A stretch of DNA of 53,891 bases from Acidimicrobiia bacterium (GCA_009377505.1 WHTX01000002.1:1-53891), one strand, 5' to 3'; positions 9,091-20,400 are shown, counted from the first letter of the stretch. The notes: a model not told the origin generated them from the letters alone. Numbers and translations: made by a program.

Positions 9091-10145
9091 GGGTGGCGGT
9101 CCTCGGAGCCGGGGTGATCGGCCTGTCCGTGGCGTGGCGCTGCGCCCGCCGGGGCATGGAGGTCACCGTGCACGACCCGGCCCCGGCGCGGGCGGCGGCG
9201 AACGTGGCCGCGGGGATGCTGGCCCCCGTCACCGAGCTGCACGCCGGCGAGGAGGCACTGCTCGCGCTCAACCTGGAGTCGGCCCGGCGCTGGCCGAGCT
9301 TCGCAGCTGAGCTGGCCGGGGACGCCGGGTGCGATCCCGGCTACGTCACGTGCGGGACCGTGGCCGTGGCTCGCGACCTCGACGACCTCCGCGTCCTCGA
9401 CGACCTCCACGCCCAGCAGGTGGGGCTCGGGCTGCAGGTCGAGCGGTTGAGCGGCAGGGAGGTCCGCCGGCGGGAGCCGGCGCTCGCCCCGAGCGCCCGT
9501 GGCGGGCTCTTCGTCGGCGGCGACCACCAGGTCGACAACCGGCGCCTGCTGTCGGCCCTGCGCCGAGCGGCAGGGGCGCGGGCGGTGGGCATGGTCACCA
9601 CCTCGCCCGAAGATCCCCCTGCCATGAGGGCGCTCGACGCCGACGCCGTGGTCGTGGCCGCCGGCTGGCGCTCGCCGGCGCTCGTGCCCGGCCTCGCCGT
9701 GCGGCCGGTGAAGGGCCAGGTCCTCCGCCTCCGCTCGGACGGGCGCTCGGTCCTGCCCGCCCACGTCGTCCGGGGCCTCGACGTCTACGTGGTCCCCCGC
9801 GGGGACGAGGTGGTAGTGGGGGCCACCGTCGAGGACGTCGGGGAGGACCTGACCGTTCGAGCCGGGGCGGTGCACGACCTCCTCCACGACGCCGCCGACC
9901 TGGTGCCCGGGGTCGCCGAGGCCGAGCTCGTCGAGTGCGGGGTGGGCCTGCGCCCGGCGACGCCCGACAACGCGCCCCTCATCGGCGCGCTCGACGAGCG
10001 GACGGTGGTGGCCACCGGCCACTATCGCAACGGCATCCTGTTGGCGCCCGTCACCGCCGACGCCGTGGCCGAACTGCTGGTCAGCGGGGAGGCGCCCGAC
10101 GTCGTCGCCCCGTTCCGCCCCGAGCGCCCCGCGGTGAGGAGGTGA
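9087..10145 (+). CDS. thiO: Glycine oxidase ThiO (FAD-dependent)
   Basis: GTGA overlap with the thiE stop. VAVLGAGVIGLSVAW dinucleotide-binding motif. Position between thiE and thiS. Confidence 0.85.
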   Translation: MRVAVLGAGVIGLSVAWRCARRGMEVTVHDPAPARAAANVAAGMLAPVTELHAGEEALLALNLESARRWPSFAAELAGDAGCDPGYVTCGTVAVARDLDDLRVLDDLHAQQVGLGLQVERLSGREVRRREPALAPSARGGLFVGGDHQVDNRRLLSALRRAAGARAVGMVTTSPEDPPAMRALDADAVVVAAGWRSPALVPGLAVRPVKGQVLRLRSDGRSVLPAHVVRGLDVYVVPRGDEVVVGATVEDVGEDLTVRAGAVHDLLHDAADLVPGVAEAELVECGVGLRPATPDNAPLIGALDERTVVATGHYRNGILLAPVTADAVAELLVSGEAPDVVAPFRPERPAVRR

Positions 10146-10149
10146 CGCC

Positions 10150-11745
<1,596 letters not shown>

Positions 11746-11752
11746 GGGCGTC

Positions 11753-12553
11753 GTGAGGGGCCCTCCGGTCGCCCTCACCGTCGCCGGGTCCGACTCCGGC
11801 GGGGGCGCCGGCGTCCAGGCCGACCTGAAGACCTTCGCCGCGTTCGGCGTGTTCGGCACGAGCGTGCTGACCGCCCTCACGGCGCAGAACACCACCGGGG
11901 TCAGCGGGGTCCACGTGGTCCCGCCGAGCTTCGTGGTGCAGCAGGCCGAGGCCGTCCTCGAGGACCTCCCCGTGGGCGCGGTCAAGACCGGGATGCTGGC
12001 CACGGCGGACATCGTCGCCGCCGTCGCCGGGCTCGCCGAAGGGGGCCGGCTCCCCAACCTGGTCGTCGACCCGGTCATGGTGAGCTCGACCGGCGACCGG
12101 CTCCTCGACGCCGGCGCTGTCGGGCGCTACCTGACCGGTCTCTTCCCGCACAGCCGGGTGATCACCCCGAACCTGCGCGAGGCCCAGGTGCTGTTGGGCC
12201 GCGAGCTGTGGACCCTCGACGACGTCCGGGCCGCCGCCGAGGACCTCTTCGACACCGGCCCGGAGGTCGTCGTCGTCAAGGGCGGCCATCCCACCGCCGA
12301 CTGCCCGGACGAGGCGGTCGACGTGTGGTTCGACGGCTCCGAGCTGCACGAGTTGCGGGCGCCCCGGCTGCTGACCACGAACGACCACGGCACGGGGTGC
12401 ACGTTCGCCTCGGCGGTCGCGGCGCGCCTGGCGCACGGCGACGACGTCCCCGGGGCGCTGGCCGCCGCCAAGGCCTACGTGGCCCGGGCGATGGCGGCCA
12501 GCAGCGGCTGGCGGCTCGGCCGGGGGCACGGTCCTCTCGACCACTCGTGCTGA
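11753..12553 (+). CDS. thiD: Hydroxymethylpyrimidine/phosphomethylpyrimidine kinase
   Basis: [33 protein letters not shown] motifs. Confidence 0.9.
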   Translation: MRGPPVALTVAGSDSGGGAGVQADLKTFAAFGVFGTSVLTALTAQNTTGVSGVHVVPPSFVVQQAEAVLEDLPVGAVKTGMLATADIVAAVAGLAEGGRLPNLVVDPVMVSSTGDRLLDAGAVGRYLTGLFPHSRVITPNLREAQVLLGRELWTLDDVRAAAEDLFDTGPEVVVVKGGHPTADCPDEAVDVWFDGSELHELRAPRLLTTNDHGTGCTFASAVAARLAHGDDVPGALAAAKAYVARAMAASSGWRLGRGHGPLDHSC

Positions 12554-12572
12554 GGCTCGGCGGCCGGGGCCC

Positions 12573-13190
12573 TCAGCGGGCCGCGTGGGCGGCGGCGAAG
12601 AAGCCCTGCTCGAGCTGCATGGCCGTGCGGTAGTGCTCGGCGATGCGGCTCGGGTCCCCGCCGAGGCGGTCGAGGAGGGCCTCGAGCGTGCCCGCCAGCT
12701 CCTGGAACCCCTCAGCAGCGTAGGTGTCGACCCACTCCCGGTAGGGGCCGTCGGCGGCCGTGACGGGCTGCAGTTCCCGACCGAGCCACGCGTAGAGCCG
12801 CATGCAGGGCGCCATCGCCGCGCAGGCGTGGCCGACGGGCTCGAGCGCGGCGACTCGCAGCAGGAAGTCGGTGTAGGCGGCGGTCGCCGCCGCGGGTGGC
12901 GGGGCCAGGTCGGCGCCCCAGCGCGCCGCGTAGGAGCGGTGCAGGCCCAGCTCGGCGAAACCGCCGTCGAGCAGCTCCTTGAAGGCGGCCATCGAGTCGG
13001 CGTCGGGCGCCTTGGCCACGCACAAGGCGTAGGCCCGCACGAACGCGTCCAGGAACCTGGCGTCCTGGCCGACGTAGAACAGGAAGGCCGGCCGCTCGAG
13101 GCGGCCCGAGGCGATGCCCTGCACGAAGGGGTGGTCTCGGCAGGCTCGGGCCAGGTCCCGGTTGGCACCGAACAGCTCGCCGGCCGTCAC
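12573..13190 (-). CDS. tenA: TenA-family aminopyrimidine aminohydrolase (thiaminase II)
   Basis: HPFVQGIASGRL...FYVGQDARFL...YTDFLL pattern of TenA. Convergent with thiD. Confidence 0.8.
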   Translation of the reverse strand: MTAGELFGANRDLARACRDHPFVQGIASGRLERPAFLFYVGQDARFLDAFVRAYALCVAKAPDADSMAAFKELLDGGFAELGLHRSYAARWGADLAPPPAAATAAYTDFLLRVAALEPVGHACAAMAPCMRLYAWLGRELQPVTAADGPYREWVDTYAAEGFQELAGTLEALLDRLGGDPSRIAEHYRTAMQLEQGFFAAAHAAR

Positions 13191-13226
13191 GGCTGGCTGC
13201 GCCGCTCGCCGCTGCTCGCCCGCCGC

Positions 13227-14336
13227 TCAGCCCGTGGCGGTGACGGCGGCGGGGATGTCGAGGGGCGCGGTGTCCCAGCTCTTCAGCTCGGGCAGGCACC
13301 GCTCGGCGAAGAGGCGCATGCTCTGCTCGGCGTCGGCGTAGGGCATGCCCCCGTAGCAGAAGCTCGGGGTGACGGCGTTCATGCCGATCATCGTGCGCAT
13401 GTGCTCGAACTTGGCCAGCACCTGGTCGGGGGTGCCCCACGGCATCAGCCCCACGAAGTCGTCGATGGCGCCCTGGGTGCCGTGCCGGTCGATGTAGCGG
13501 GTGATGCCCGTGTAGAACTCGTAGCCCTTCACGCCCTTGTGCGGCGCCGAGGCGAACTCGTAGTGGCGCATCACCGTCTCGTAGTTGGCCCCGATCCAGC
13601 GGCGGGCCAGCTCCTCGGCCCGGTCGGCGCTCTCGTCCACGAAGACCGACCCGCCCGAGATGGGGGGCGGCGGCGACGCCCCGGCGTTCGCGGCGCGGTA
13701 CGCCCCGTCGTAGGCGGCGAGGTCCTCCTGGACGGTGGGCCACGGCTTCTGGGGGATGATGAGTACGCCCACGCCCAGCTTGGCCATGAGCGGCATCGAC
13801 TCGGGCGAGACCGCCGCCGCGTAGGCGCGGCCCCGGAACGAGTGCGCCGGCCGGGGGCGGATCTGGCGGCGGGGCTGGGCGCCGAACTCGTTGTCGTACT
13901 CCATCGAGCCCGACTCGAGCGCCTCGAGCACGAGGCGGACGTACTCGACGAAGCGCTCCCTGGAGGTGTTCATGTCCACCCGGAAGCCCTCGTACTCGAT
14001 GCGGGCCAGGCCGCGGCCGAGGCCGAGGATCATGCGCCCGTCGCACAGGTTGTCGAGCAGGGCGACCTGCTCGGCGACCCGGATGGGGTCGTGCCAGGGC
14101 AGGACGATCACCCCCGAGCCGAGCAGCACGTGGGGGTGCTTGCCGGCCATGTAGGACAACCACTGGGTGGGGTCCGGGCACATCGTGTAGTCGTCGAAGT
14201 GATGCTCGACGGTCCACAGCGACTCGAGGCCGAGCTCCACCGCGAGGTCGCAGAGCCGCAGCTCCTGGCGGTAGACCTCCTGGTCGCTCAGCGCGTCGAA
14301 CGGGTTCTGGAACGTAGCCGTGTACCCGACGTGCAT
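13227..14336 (-). CDS. LLM-class flavin-dependent oxidoreductase
   Basis: Luciferase-like pattern (LWTVEHHF..., LGLGRG). Start at MHVGYT, with AAGGGGGG RBS upstream. Confidence 0.8.
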   Translation of the reverse strand: MHVGYTATFQNPFDALSDQEVYRQELRLCDLAVELGLESLWTVEHHFDDYTMCPDPTQWLSYMAGKHPHVLLGSGVIVLPWHDPIRVAEQVALLDNLCDGRMILGLGRGLARIEYEGFRVDMNTSRERFVEYVRLVLEALESGSMEYDNEFGAQPRRQIRPRPAHSFRGRAYAAAVSPESMPLMAKLGVGVLIIPQKPWPTVQEDLAAYDGAYRAANAGASPPPPISGGSVFVDESADRAEELARRWIGANYETVMRHYEFASAPHKGVKGYEFYTGITRYIDRHGTQGAIDDFVGLMPWGTPDQVLAKFEHMRTMIGMNAVTPSFCYGGMPYADAEQSMRLFAERCLPELKSWDTAPLDIPAAVTATG

Positions 14337-14458
14337 GTCGAAACCCCCCTTGTGGCCCGCATCGCGGCCCGGGCGCCGATGCTGCCCGCTGCGCACCCTA
14401 CCCGCCGGGCGGGGCGGGCGGAGCTGCTAAGAAAGCCGGGGTCCAGGAGGAGACAGGC

Positions 14459-15457
14459 GTGGCCGGTTCGGGCGACGAGATCCGGGAACGGGTGGAGGCC
14501 TTCGCCCGCGGCCAGCTCGGCGCGGGCGCCCGGCCCCGTATCGAGGGCCTCGACCGGGTGCTCGTCGGGCGGTCCCGGGAGAACTGGCTGTTCGACCTGG
14601 TGTGGCAGGACGCCGACCGGGAGGTGCACGAGTCCCTGATCGTGCGGCGCGACCCCCTGGGCGGGCTGCTGGAGACCGACCGCGCCGTCGAGTTCGCCGT
14701 GCTCCGGGCCCTGGAGCCGAGCGAGGTGCCCGCCCCCCGGGCCCGCTGGCTCGACCCGACGGGGGACTCGCTGGGCCGGCCCTCGCTGGTCATGCGCCGC
14801 GAGCCCGGCGTCTGCGACTACTTCGTGCTCAACGGGGACCGGCCCCTGGGCGAGCGGGCCCGCCTGGCCGAGCGGTTCTGCGACCTGCTCGCCCGGATCC
14901 ACCTGGTCGACTGGCGGGCGCTCGGCATGGGGGCGTTCCTCGGGGACCCGGGGCCGTGGGCGTCCCACGCCGAGCTCGACCGCTGGGAGGCGGTCCTGCG
15001 CCGCGACCAGCTCGAGCCCTACCCGGGCCTCGACGCCGCCCTGGCCTGGTTGCGGGCCGCGGCGCCCCCCTCCCAGGGCACCGTGCTCGTCCACGGCGAC
15101 GTCAAGGCGGGCAACATCCTCCTCGAGGGCGAACGGGTCGTCGCCCTGCTGGACTGGGAGCTCGCCCACCTGGGGGACCCCATGGAGGACCTGGGCTGGG
15201 TGACCCAGCCCCTGCGCACCAAGGAGCACCTGATCGCCGGCGCCTGGGAGCGCCACCAGCTCCTGGCGCGCTACCAGGCGACGGCGGGCATCGACGTGGA
15301 CGAGGCCAGCGTGGCCTGGTGGAACGTGCTCGCCACCTACAAGACGGCGGTCATGCAGGTGAGCGGGCTGCGCTCCTTCGTCGAAGGGCGCTGCGAGGAG
15401 CCGTACCGCCTGACGCGCACGGTGGCGCGCACCCTGGCCGAAGCGACCGGAACCTGA
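14459..15457 (+). CDS. Phosphotransferase (APH/ChoK-fold) family protein
   Basis: AGGAGG before GTG 14459. Catalytic loop HGDVKAGNILL and DWELAHLGDPMEDLGW. Confidence 0.8.
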   Translation: MAGSGDEIRERVEAFARGQLGAGARPRIEGLDRVLVGRSRENWLFDLVWQDADREVHESLIVRRDPLGGLLETDRAVEFAVLRALEPSEVPAPRARWLDPTGDSLGRPSLVMRREPGVCDYFVLNGDRPLGERARLAERFCDLLARIHLVDWRALGMGAFLGDPGPWASHAELDRWEAVLRRDQLEPYPGLDAALAWLRAAAPPSQGTVLVHGDVKAGNILLEGERVVALLDWELAHLGDPMEDLGWVTQPLRTKEHLIAGAWERHQLLARYQATAGIDVDEASVAWWNVLATYKTAVMQVSGLRSFVEGRCEEPYRLTRTVARTLAEATGT

Positions 15458-15462
15458 GGACC

Positions 15463-16611
15463 ATGAGCACCGACGAACCAGCCCCCGACCTGACCATCAG
15501 CGACGAGCACTTCGCCGAGCAGTTCCCGCTCTCCCCGCTCGACGACTTCATGGTCCACCAGACCCCCGACCCCATCCGGGTGACGTGGACGAGCGACCCC
15601 CGGGCGTACGAGCGCTACTGGATGGTCTGCCACGACCCGGCCGGCGAGGTGCTCGTGGCCGCCGGCGGCAGCTTCTACCCCAACCTCGACCGGGCCGAGG
15701 CCTACGCCATCGTCAACCACCAGGGACGCCACACCAGCGTCCGGGGCTTCCGCCGCCTCGGCGCCGACCGGGCCGACCTGCGCATCGGCCCCCTCGCCCC
15801 CCGCATCATCGAGGGCATGCGCTGGTGGCGTTACGTGCTCGAGCCCAACGAGTGGGGCATCAGCTACGAGCTCGACTTCCGCGACACAACCCGCCAGGTG
15901 TTCCGCGAGCCGCTGTCCAACTCGGCGGGAGGGTCCCCCCCGGGGCGGCGCAACGACGTCACCACCGGCTTCGAGAGCTTCGGCGAGGTCGAGGGCTGGG
16001 TCGAGGTCGCCGGTACCCGCATCGAGGTCCCCGCCGGCTCCCCCGGCACCCGGGACCGCCACTGGGGCATCGGCCGGGGCGTCGGCGGGCCCGCCCTCGC
16101 CCTCGGTGGCCGCCTCCACGTGGGCGTGTCCGGCAACGCCTTCGTCGCCTTCCCGAGCTGGACGCTGTGGGGGGACCGGGTCTTCTACCGCTTCGGCGAC
16201 CCCCGCCCGGGCATGGCCCGGGTGGCCAGGCCGAACCGCCGGCTCCGCTTCGAGCCCGACACGAAGGTCTTCGTCGAGGGCGTCGTCGACTACCCCCTCG
16301 AGGACGGCACCGTGAAGCAGGTGCACTACGAGCGCATCGGCCACCAGACCGCCTACCTGCGCTGCGGGATGTACGGCGGCACCCCCGACCGGGGCATCCA
16401 CCAGGGCGGCTACGACGGGCCCGACCTCATCGAGGGCGAGACCTACGACGTCAGCAGGCCCGAGGTGCGGGCAGCCATCGCCGGGCTCGACGAGCACCTC
16501 TGCCGGGCGCGCTGTGACGGCGAGGTGGCGACGGGGATCTACCAGCCCATCGACCCCGCGGCCTACGAGGCATGCGCAGCTGGGCGGCCCGGCTGGGCTT
16601 TCCTCGACTGA
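15463..16611 (+). CDS. Conserved hypothetical protein (family not assigned)
   Basis: ATG is 6 nt after the previous stop. Protein-like composition. DRHWGIG motif. Sits between two APH-fold paralogues. Confidence 0.6.
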   Translation: MSTDEPAPDLTISDEHFAEQFPLSPLDDFMVHQTPDPIRVTWTSDPRAYERYWMVCHDPAGEVLVAAGGSFYPNLDRAEAYAIVNHQGRHTSVRGFRRLGADRADLRIGPLAPRIIEGMRWWRYVLEPNEWGISYELDFRDTTRQVFREPLSNSAGGSPPGRRNDVTTGFESFGEVEGWVEVAGTRIEVPAGSPGTRDRHWGIGRGVGGPALALGGRLHVGVSGNAFVAFPSWTLWGDRVFYRFGDPRPGMARVARPNRRLRFEPDTKVFVEGVVDYPLEDGTVKQVHYERIGHQTAYLRCGMYGGTPDRGIHQGGYDGPDLIEGETYDVSRPEVRAAIAGLDEHLCRARCDGEVATGIYQPIDPAAYEACAAGRPGWAFLD

Positions 16612-16617
16612 TCGCCG

Positions 16618-17610
16618 ATGGGCCAGAGCTCTCTCGACGCACTGCGCAGCGGGCTGGAGGCGTTCCTCGACGACCAGCTCGGCGAGCCGGCCACCGTCAC
16701 CGACCTCGAGCCCGTGGCCTCGGTGGGCAACGCCCGGGAGCCGTGGTCCTTCACCGCCCGCTGGCGGGGCGGCGAGGCCCGGTGCGTGATGCTGGTCAAG
16801 GCCGAGGCCGGCCAGCTCGAGACGGCGCTCGGGCCTGAGTTCCACACGTTGGCGCGCCTCGACGGCACCGGCGTGCCCGCGCCCGGGGCCCTGTGGCTCG
16901 ACGAGTCGGGGGCGTGGATCGGCCGGCCCTTCTTCGTGACCGAGCTCGTAGCGGGCAGCGCCGAGACCAGGCTGCTACGGCGTCCGGAGGAGGCGGAGCC
17001 GGCGCGGGCGGTCGCCCTCGACCTGGCGGCGGCCGCCGCCCGCCTCCACGCCGTCGAAGTGGGCCGCTTCGAGGACCACCTGGAAGCCACCTCCGCCGAC
17101 GCCGCGGCCGCCACGCAGCTCGAGACGTGGCGGGAGCTGTTCCTCCGCCAGCGCCTGGAGCCTCACCCCGCGCTCGTCTACGGCTTCACCTGGCTGGGGC
17201 GGCACCTCCCCGTCGCCTCACGCGTCTCGCTCGTGCACGGCGACCTGCGCTTCGGCAACCTCCTGCACCACCACGGCCGGCTGACCGCCCTGCTCGACTG
17301 GGAGATGGCCCACCTCGGCGACCCCGTCGAGGACCTGGGCTGGGTCTACCGCGCCTTGTGGAGCCCGGCCCGGGCCCTGCCCTTCGAGGCGTTCCTCGAC
17401 GCCTACGTGGCAGCCGGCGGCGTGCCCGTGGGCCCCGAGCACCTGCGCTGGTGGCAGGTGTTCGCCGAGGTGAAGCACAGCACCATCTCCCTCACCGCCG
17501 GACGCTCCTTCGCCGACGGCGCCACCAGGAGCCTGCGGCACGCCGACCGCGCCGCCACGCTCCCCGCCTTCATCGGCCGCTTGCTCGAGCTGGTGGGCGA
17601 GCGGTGCTGA
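16618..17610 (+). CDS. Phosphotransferase (APH/ChoK-fold) family protein, paralogue of 14459-15457
   Basis: HGDLRFGNLL and DWEMAHLGDPVEDLGW. Confidence 0.8.
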   Translation: MGQSSLDALRSGLEAFLDDQLGEPATVTDLEPVASVGNAREPWSFTARWRGGEARCVMLVKAEAGQLETALGPEFHTLARLDGTGVPAPGALWLDESGAWIGRPFFVTELVAGSAETRLLRRPEEAEPARAVALDLAAAAARLHAVEVGRFEDHLEATSADAAAATQLETWRELFLRQRLEPHPALVYGFTWLGRHLPVASRVSLVHGDLRFGNLLHHHGRLTALLDWEMAHLGDPVEDLGWVYRALWSPARALPFEAFLDAYVAAGGVPVGPEHLRWWQVFAEVKHSTISLTAGRSFADGATRSLRHADRAATLPAFIGRLLELVGERC

Positions 17611-18068
17611 ACCCCTCCGCCGCCGACCAGTTGGCCGGGATGGCCGACGCCCTCGCCGACACCGTGGTGGAGGAGCTGGCACCGGGGCCGGCGCGGGACC
17701 AGGTGCAGGCCGCCATAGGCCTGGCCCGGCGCCTGGCCCGGGCGCTTCCCCACCTCACCCCCTACCTGCAGGAGGACACCCGAGACCTGGCCACCACGCT
17801 GGGGCGCCTGTTGCCTGCCGCGGGCCCGGGCTCGGCGCCGATCGACGAGGGCCTCGAGGCCGCCCTCGCTGCCGCCGCCGCCCTGCCCGACGCGCCCCTG
17901 CCCACCGTCCATGCCCTGACCGCGACGAACCTGCGCCTGCGGGCCGCCGTCGCCCAGCTCGCCGAGGCTCCCGCCCCGAGCGAGGAGGCAGACCAGGCCC
18001 TGCGCGGCCTGCTGGCCCGGCTGGCCAGCCGCGAGGCCGCGCTCCGCCTCTCCCCCTGGGAGCGCTGA
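17604..18068 (+). CDS. Hypothetical helical protein
   Basis: GTG 17604 overlaps the upstream stop (coupling). Ala/Leu-rich, 154 aa, no recognisable motif. Confidence 0.45.
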   Translation: MLNPSAADQLAGMADALADTVVEELAPGPARDQVQAAIGLARRLARALPHLTPYLQEDTRDLATTLGRLLPAAGPGSAPIDEGLEAALAAAAALPDAPLPTVHALTATNLRLRAAVAQLAEAPAPSEEADQALRGLLARLASREAALRLSPWER

Positions 18069-18097
18069 GCCCGAGGCCCCGGGGGGCTCGCCCGCCG

Positions 18098-18119
18098 GCG
18101 AATCGACGTCGAATCGACG
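18098..18119. repeat. ATTCG-box: 22-nt element gcgaatcgacgtcgaatcgacg (two GAATCGACG units 11 bp apart)
   Basis: Exact reverse complement recurs at 53451-53472. AT-richer than the surrounding sequence. Confidence 0.8.
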
Positions 18120-18142
18120 GGCGCGCGGCCCGCCGGCGCCGG

Positions 18143-18190
18143 CGACTGGCAGCGCAAAGCGCGGTGCTGCGCAACCCCAGCTGCCAGTCG
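18143..18190 (+). repeat. 11-bp perfect inverted repeat (CGACTGGCAGC ... GCTGCCAGTCG) with 26-nt spacer; possible terminator or operator
   Basis: Read directly from sequence. Lies between the stop at 18068 and the start at 18270. Confidence 0.6.
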
Positions 18191-18269
18191 GCCCGGCCCT
18201 CGCCACCGCGCCACAGCGGCGCGGGCGGCCCCAGACGCCCACGAGCGATCCGCACTATGGTCCCCCGGC

Positions 18270-19367
18270 GTGAAGGCACTCGTCATCGGGGGGACGGGGC
18301 CGACGGGCCCGTCCCTCGTCAACGGCTTGTCGGCCCAGGGCTGGGACGTCACCATCCTGCACACCGGCCGCCACGAGGTGGACAGCATCCCGGCGTCCGT
18401 CGAGCACCTCCACTGCAGCCCGTTCCGCGTCGCCGAGGTCGACGAGACATTGGCCGGGCGCACCTTCGACCTCGTCTTCGCCATGTACGGGCGCCTGCGC
18501 GACCTGGCGCCCTACTTCCGGGGCCGCTGCGGGCGCTTCATGGCGGTGGGCGGCGTCCCCGCCTACCGGGGGTTCGCGGCCACGGGCCCCAGCTGGCCCG
18601 GGGGCATGCTGGCCCCCGTCCGGGAGAGCGACGAGCGGGCCACCGACGACGAGAACGTCAAGGTGTCGCGCATCGTGCACACCGAGGACCTGCTCTTCGA
18701 GGCCCACCCCGACGCCACCCTGTTCCGCTACCCCCTCATCTACGGGCCCGGCCAGCCGAACCCGCGCGAGTGGCTGGTCGTGCGCCGCATCCTCGACGGG
18801 CGACGCCGGGTGATCGTCGCCGACGGGGGCCTCACGCTGCGGACCGCCGGCTACGGCCCGAACGTCGGCCACGCCCTCGTGCTGGCGGCGCAGCACCCTG
18901 ACGTCGCCGCCGGCAAGGCCTACAACGTGGGCGACGAGCACACCCTCACCGCCCGCCAGGCCATCGAGGTGATCGGCGCCGCGCTCGGGGCCGAGCTCGA
19001 GATCGTCAACCTGCCCGCCGCGCTCGCCACCCCGGCCCGGCCGTTCCTGTCGGCGGAGATGACCCTGCACAAGTTCACCGGCGTCGACGCCATCCGCCAC
19101 GACCTCGGCTACCGGGACGTCGTGCCCGCCGTCGAGGCGCTGGCCCGCACGGCCCGACACCTCGCCACCAACCCGGTCGAGAGGGGCAGCACGATGGAGA
19201 TGCGCCTCCAGGACCCCTTCGACTACGAGGCCGAGGACCGCCTCGTCGCCCACTACCGGGCGGCGATGGCCGCGGTGGCCCCCGTGGCCGACGAGTACGA
19301 CCCGGACTTCCGCGACCGCTACTCGCCGGGGTCGGACGACTGGCGCCTGGTCGAGGCGAAGAGCTGA
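18270..19367 (+). CDS. NAD-dependent epimerase/dehydratase family protein
   Basis: N-terminal Rossmann motif MKALVIGGTGPTGPSLV. 365 aa. Confidence 0.8.
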   Translation: MKALVIGGTGPTGPSLVNGLSAQGWDVTILHTGRHEVDSIPASVEHLHCSPFRVAEVDETLAGRTFDLVFAMYGRLRDLAPYFRGRCGRFMAVGGVPAYRGFAATGPSWPGGMLAPVRESDERATDDENVKVSRIVHTEDLLFEAHPDATLFRYPLIYGPGQPNPREWLVVRRILDGRRRVIVADGGLTLRTAGYGPNVGHALVLAAQHPDVAAGKAYNVGDEHTLTARQAIEVIGAALGAELEIVNLPAALATPARPFLSAEMTLHKFTGVDAIRHDLGYRDVVPAVEALARTARHLATNPVERGSTMEMRLQDPFDYEAEDRLVAHYRAAMAAVAPVADEYDPDFRDRYSPGSDDWRLVEAKS

Positions 19368-19477
19368 AGGCGGTCGCGCCGCCGGTGGCATCGGTCACAA
19401 GAGAAAAGATGCCCTGGTCCGTTGCCCTCATCCGGGCGGATGATGGAGATCATCTGTGCCACGGATAGGGGGGACCC

Positions 19478-20338
19478 ATGCTCCTGCACTCCTTCGCCAT
19501 CGCCCCACCGACGGAGCACGTCTTCGTGTGCACGGACGGTTCGCCGGCCATGCGCCCCGCCATCGGCACGGCCACCCTGGTGGCCGAGCGCACCGGTGCC
19601 GCGCTGCACCTCCTCCACGTGCAGGAGCGCGACGAGGCCGCGCACCGGGCGCGGCGCGACACGGTCGAGCGCACGGCGGCCGAGCTCGGCGCGACCGCCG
19701 ACATCCTGACGGCCGGGCGGGGCCGCGCTGCCGCCCACCCTGCGCTGCCCATCGGCGAGTACCTCGGCGGCTTCGAGGCCGCCCTGCCCTGCACCTCGAC
19801 CCATGGGCGCAACGGCGTCGGCCAGACCATCTTCGGGTCCGTGACTGCGGAACTGGTCCGGGGCGGCGGCCTGCCCGTGCTCGTCCTCGGCCCGTCGGCC
19901 GTCGCCCCCGAGCGGCTGTCCCGCGTGGTCGCCTGCACCGACGGCAGTGCCTTCGCCGCCGAGATCCTCCCCGCCGCCGCTGGCCTCGCCCGCGACCTCG
20001 ACGTGCCCCTGTGGATCGTGGAGGTGCTCGACGCCGACCGAGCGCCCAGGGACGGAGACGTGGCCGAGAGCGCGACCGTGCGCCGGCTCGCCCACGACCT
20101 GGCCTCGACCGGGCTCGACGTGGAGTGGGACGTGCTGCACGGGCGGGACACGGTCGCCGCCATCGGCCGCTTCGCTGACCTCCAGCCCGGCACGGTCACC
20201 GCCCTGGCCACCCACGGGCGCGGCGGTGTCGTCGGCACGCTCGTCGGCAGCGTCGCCCGAGCCGTGACGAGGCACACCGCCGGGCCGACGCTGATCTACC
20301 GGCCCAAGTCCCTGGACGCGCCCACCGGGACGGCCTGA
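19478..20338 (+). CDS. Tandem-domain universal stress protein
   Basis: Two Usp halves, each ending in a G-x2-G-x9-GS-type ATP motif (HGRNGVGQTIFGSVTAELV; HGRGGVVGTLVGSVARAV). Confidence 0.85.
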   Translation: MLLHSFAIAPPTEHVFVCTDGSPAMRPAIGTATLVAERTGAALHLLHVQERDEAAHRARRDTVERTAAELGATADILTAGRGRAAAHPALPIGEYLGGFEAALPCTSTHGRNGVGQTIFGSVTAELVRGGGLPVLVLGPSAVAPERLSRVVACTDGSAFAAEILPAAAGLARDLDVPLWIVEVLDADRAPRDGDVAESATVRRLAHDLASTGLDVEWDVLHGRDTVAAIGRFADLQPGTVTALATHGRGGVVGTLVGSVARAVTRHTAGPTLIYRPKSLDAPTGTA

Positions 20339-20374
20339 CGCCCCGGTCGGAAGATGACCGGCCGAGGATCGGGA

Positions 20375-20400
20375 CGACCTCGCCTCGCCTGACGAGGTCG
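20375..20400. terminator. Candidate bidirectional hairpin between convergent genes
   Basis: CGACCTCG / CGAGGTCG, an 8-bp stem with a 10-nt loop. No T-tract. Confidence 0.3.
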
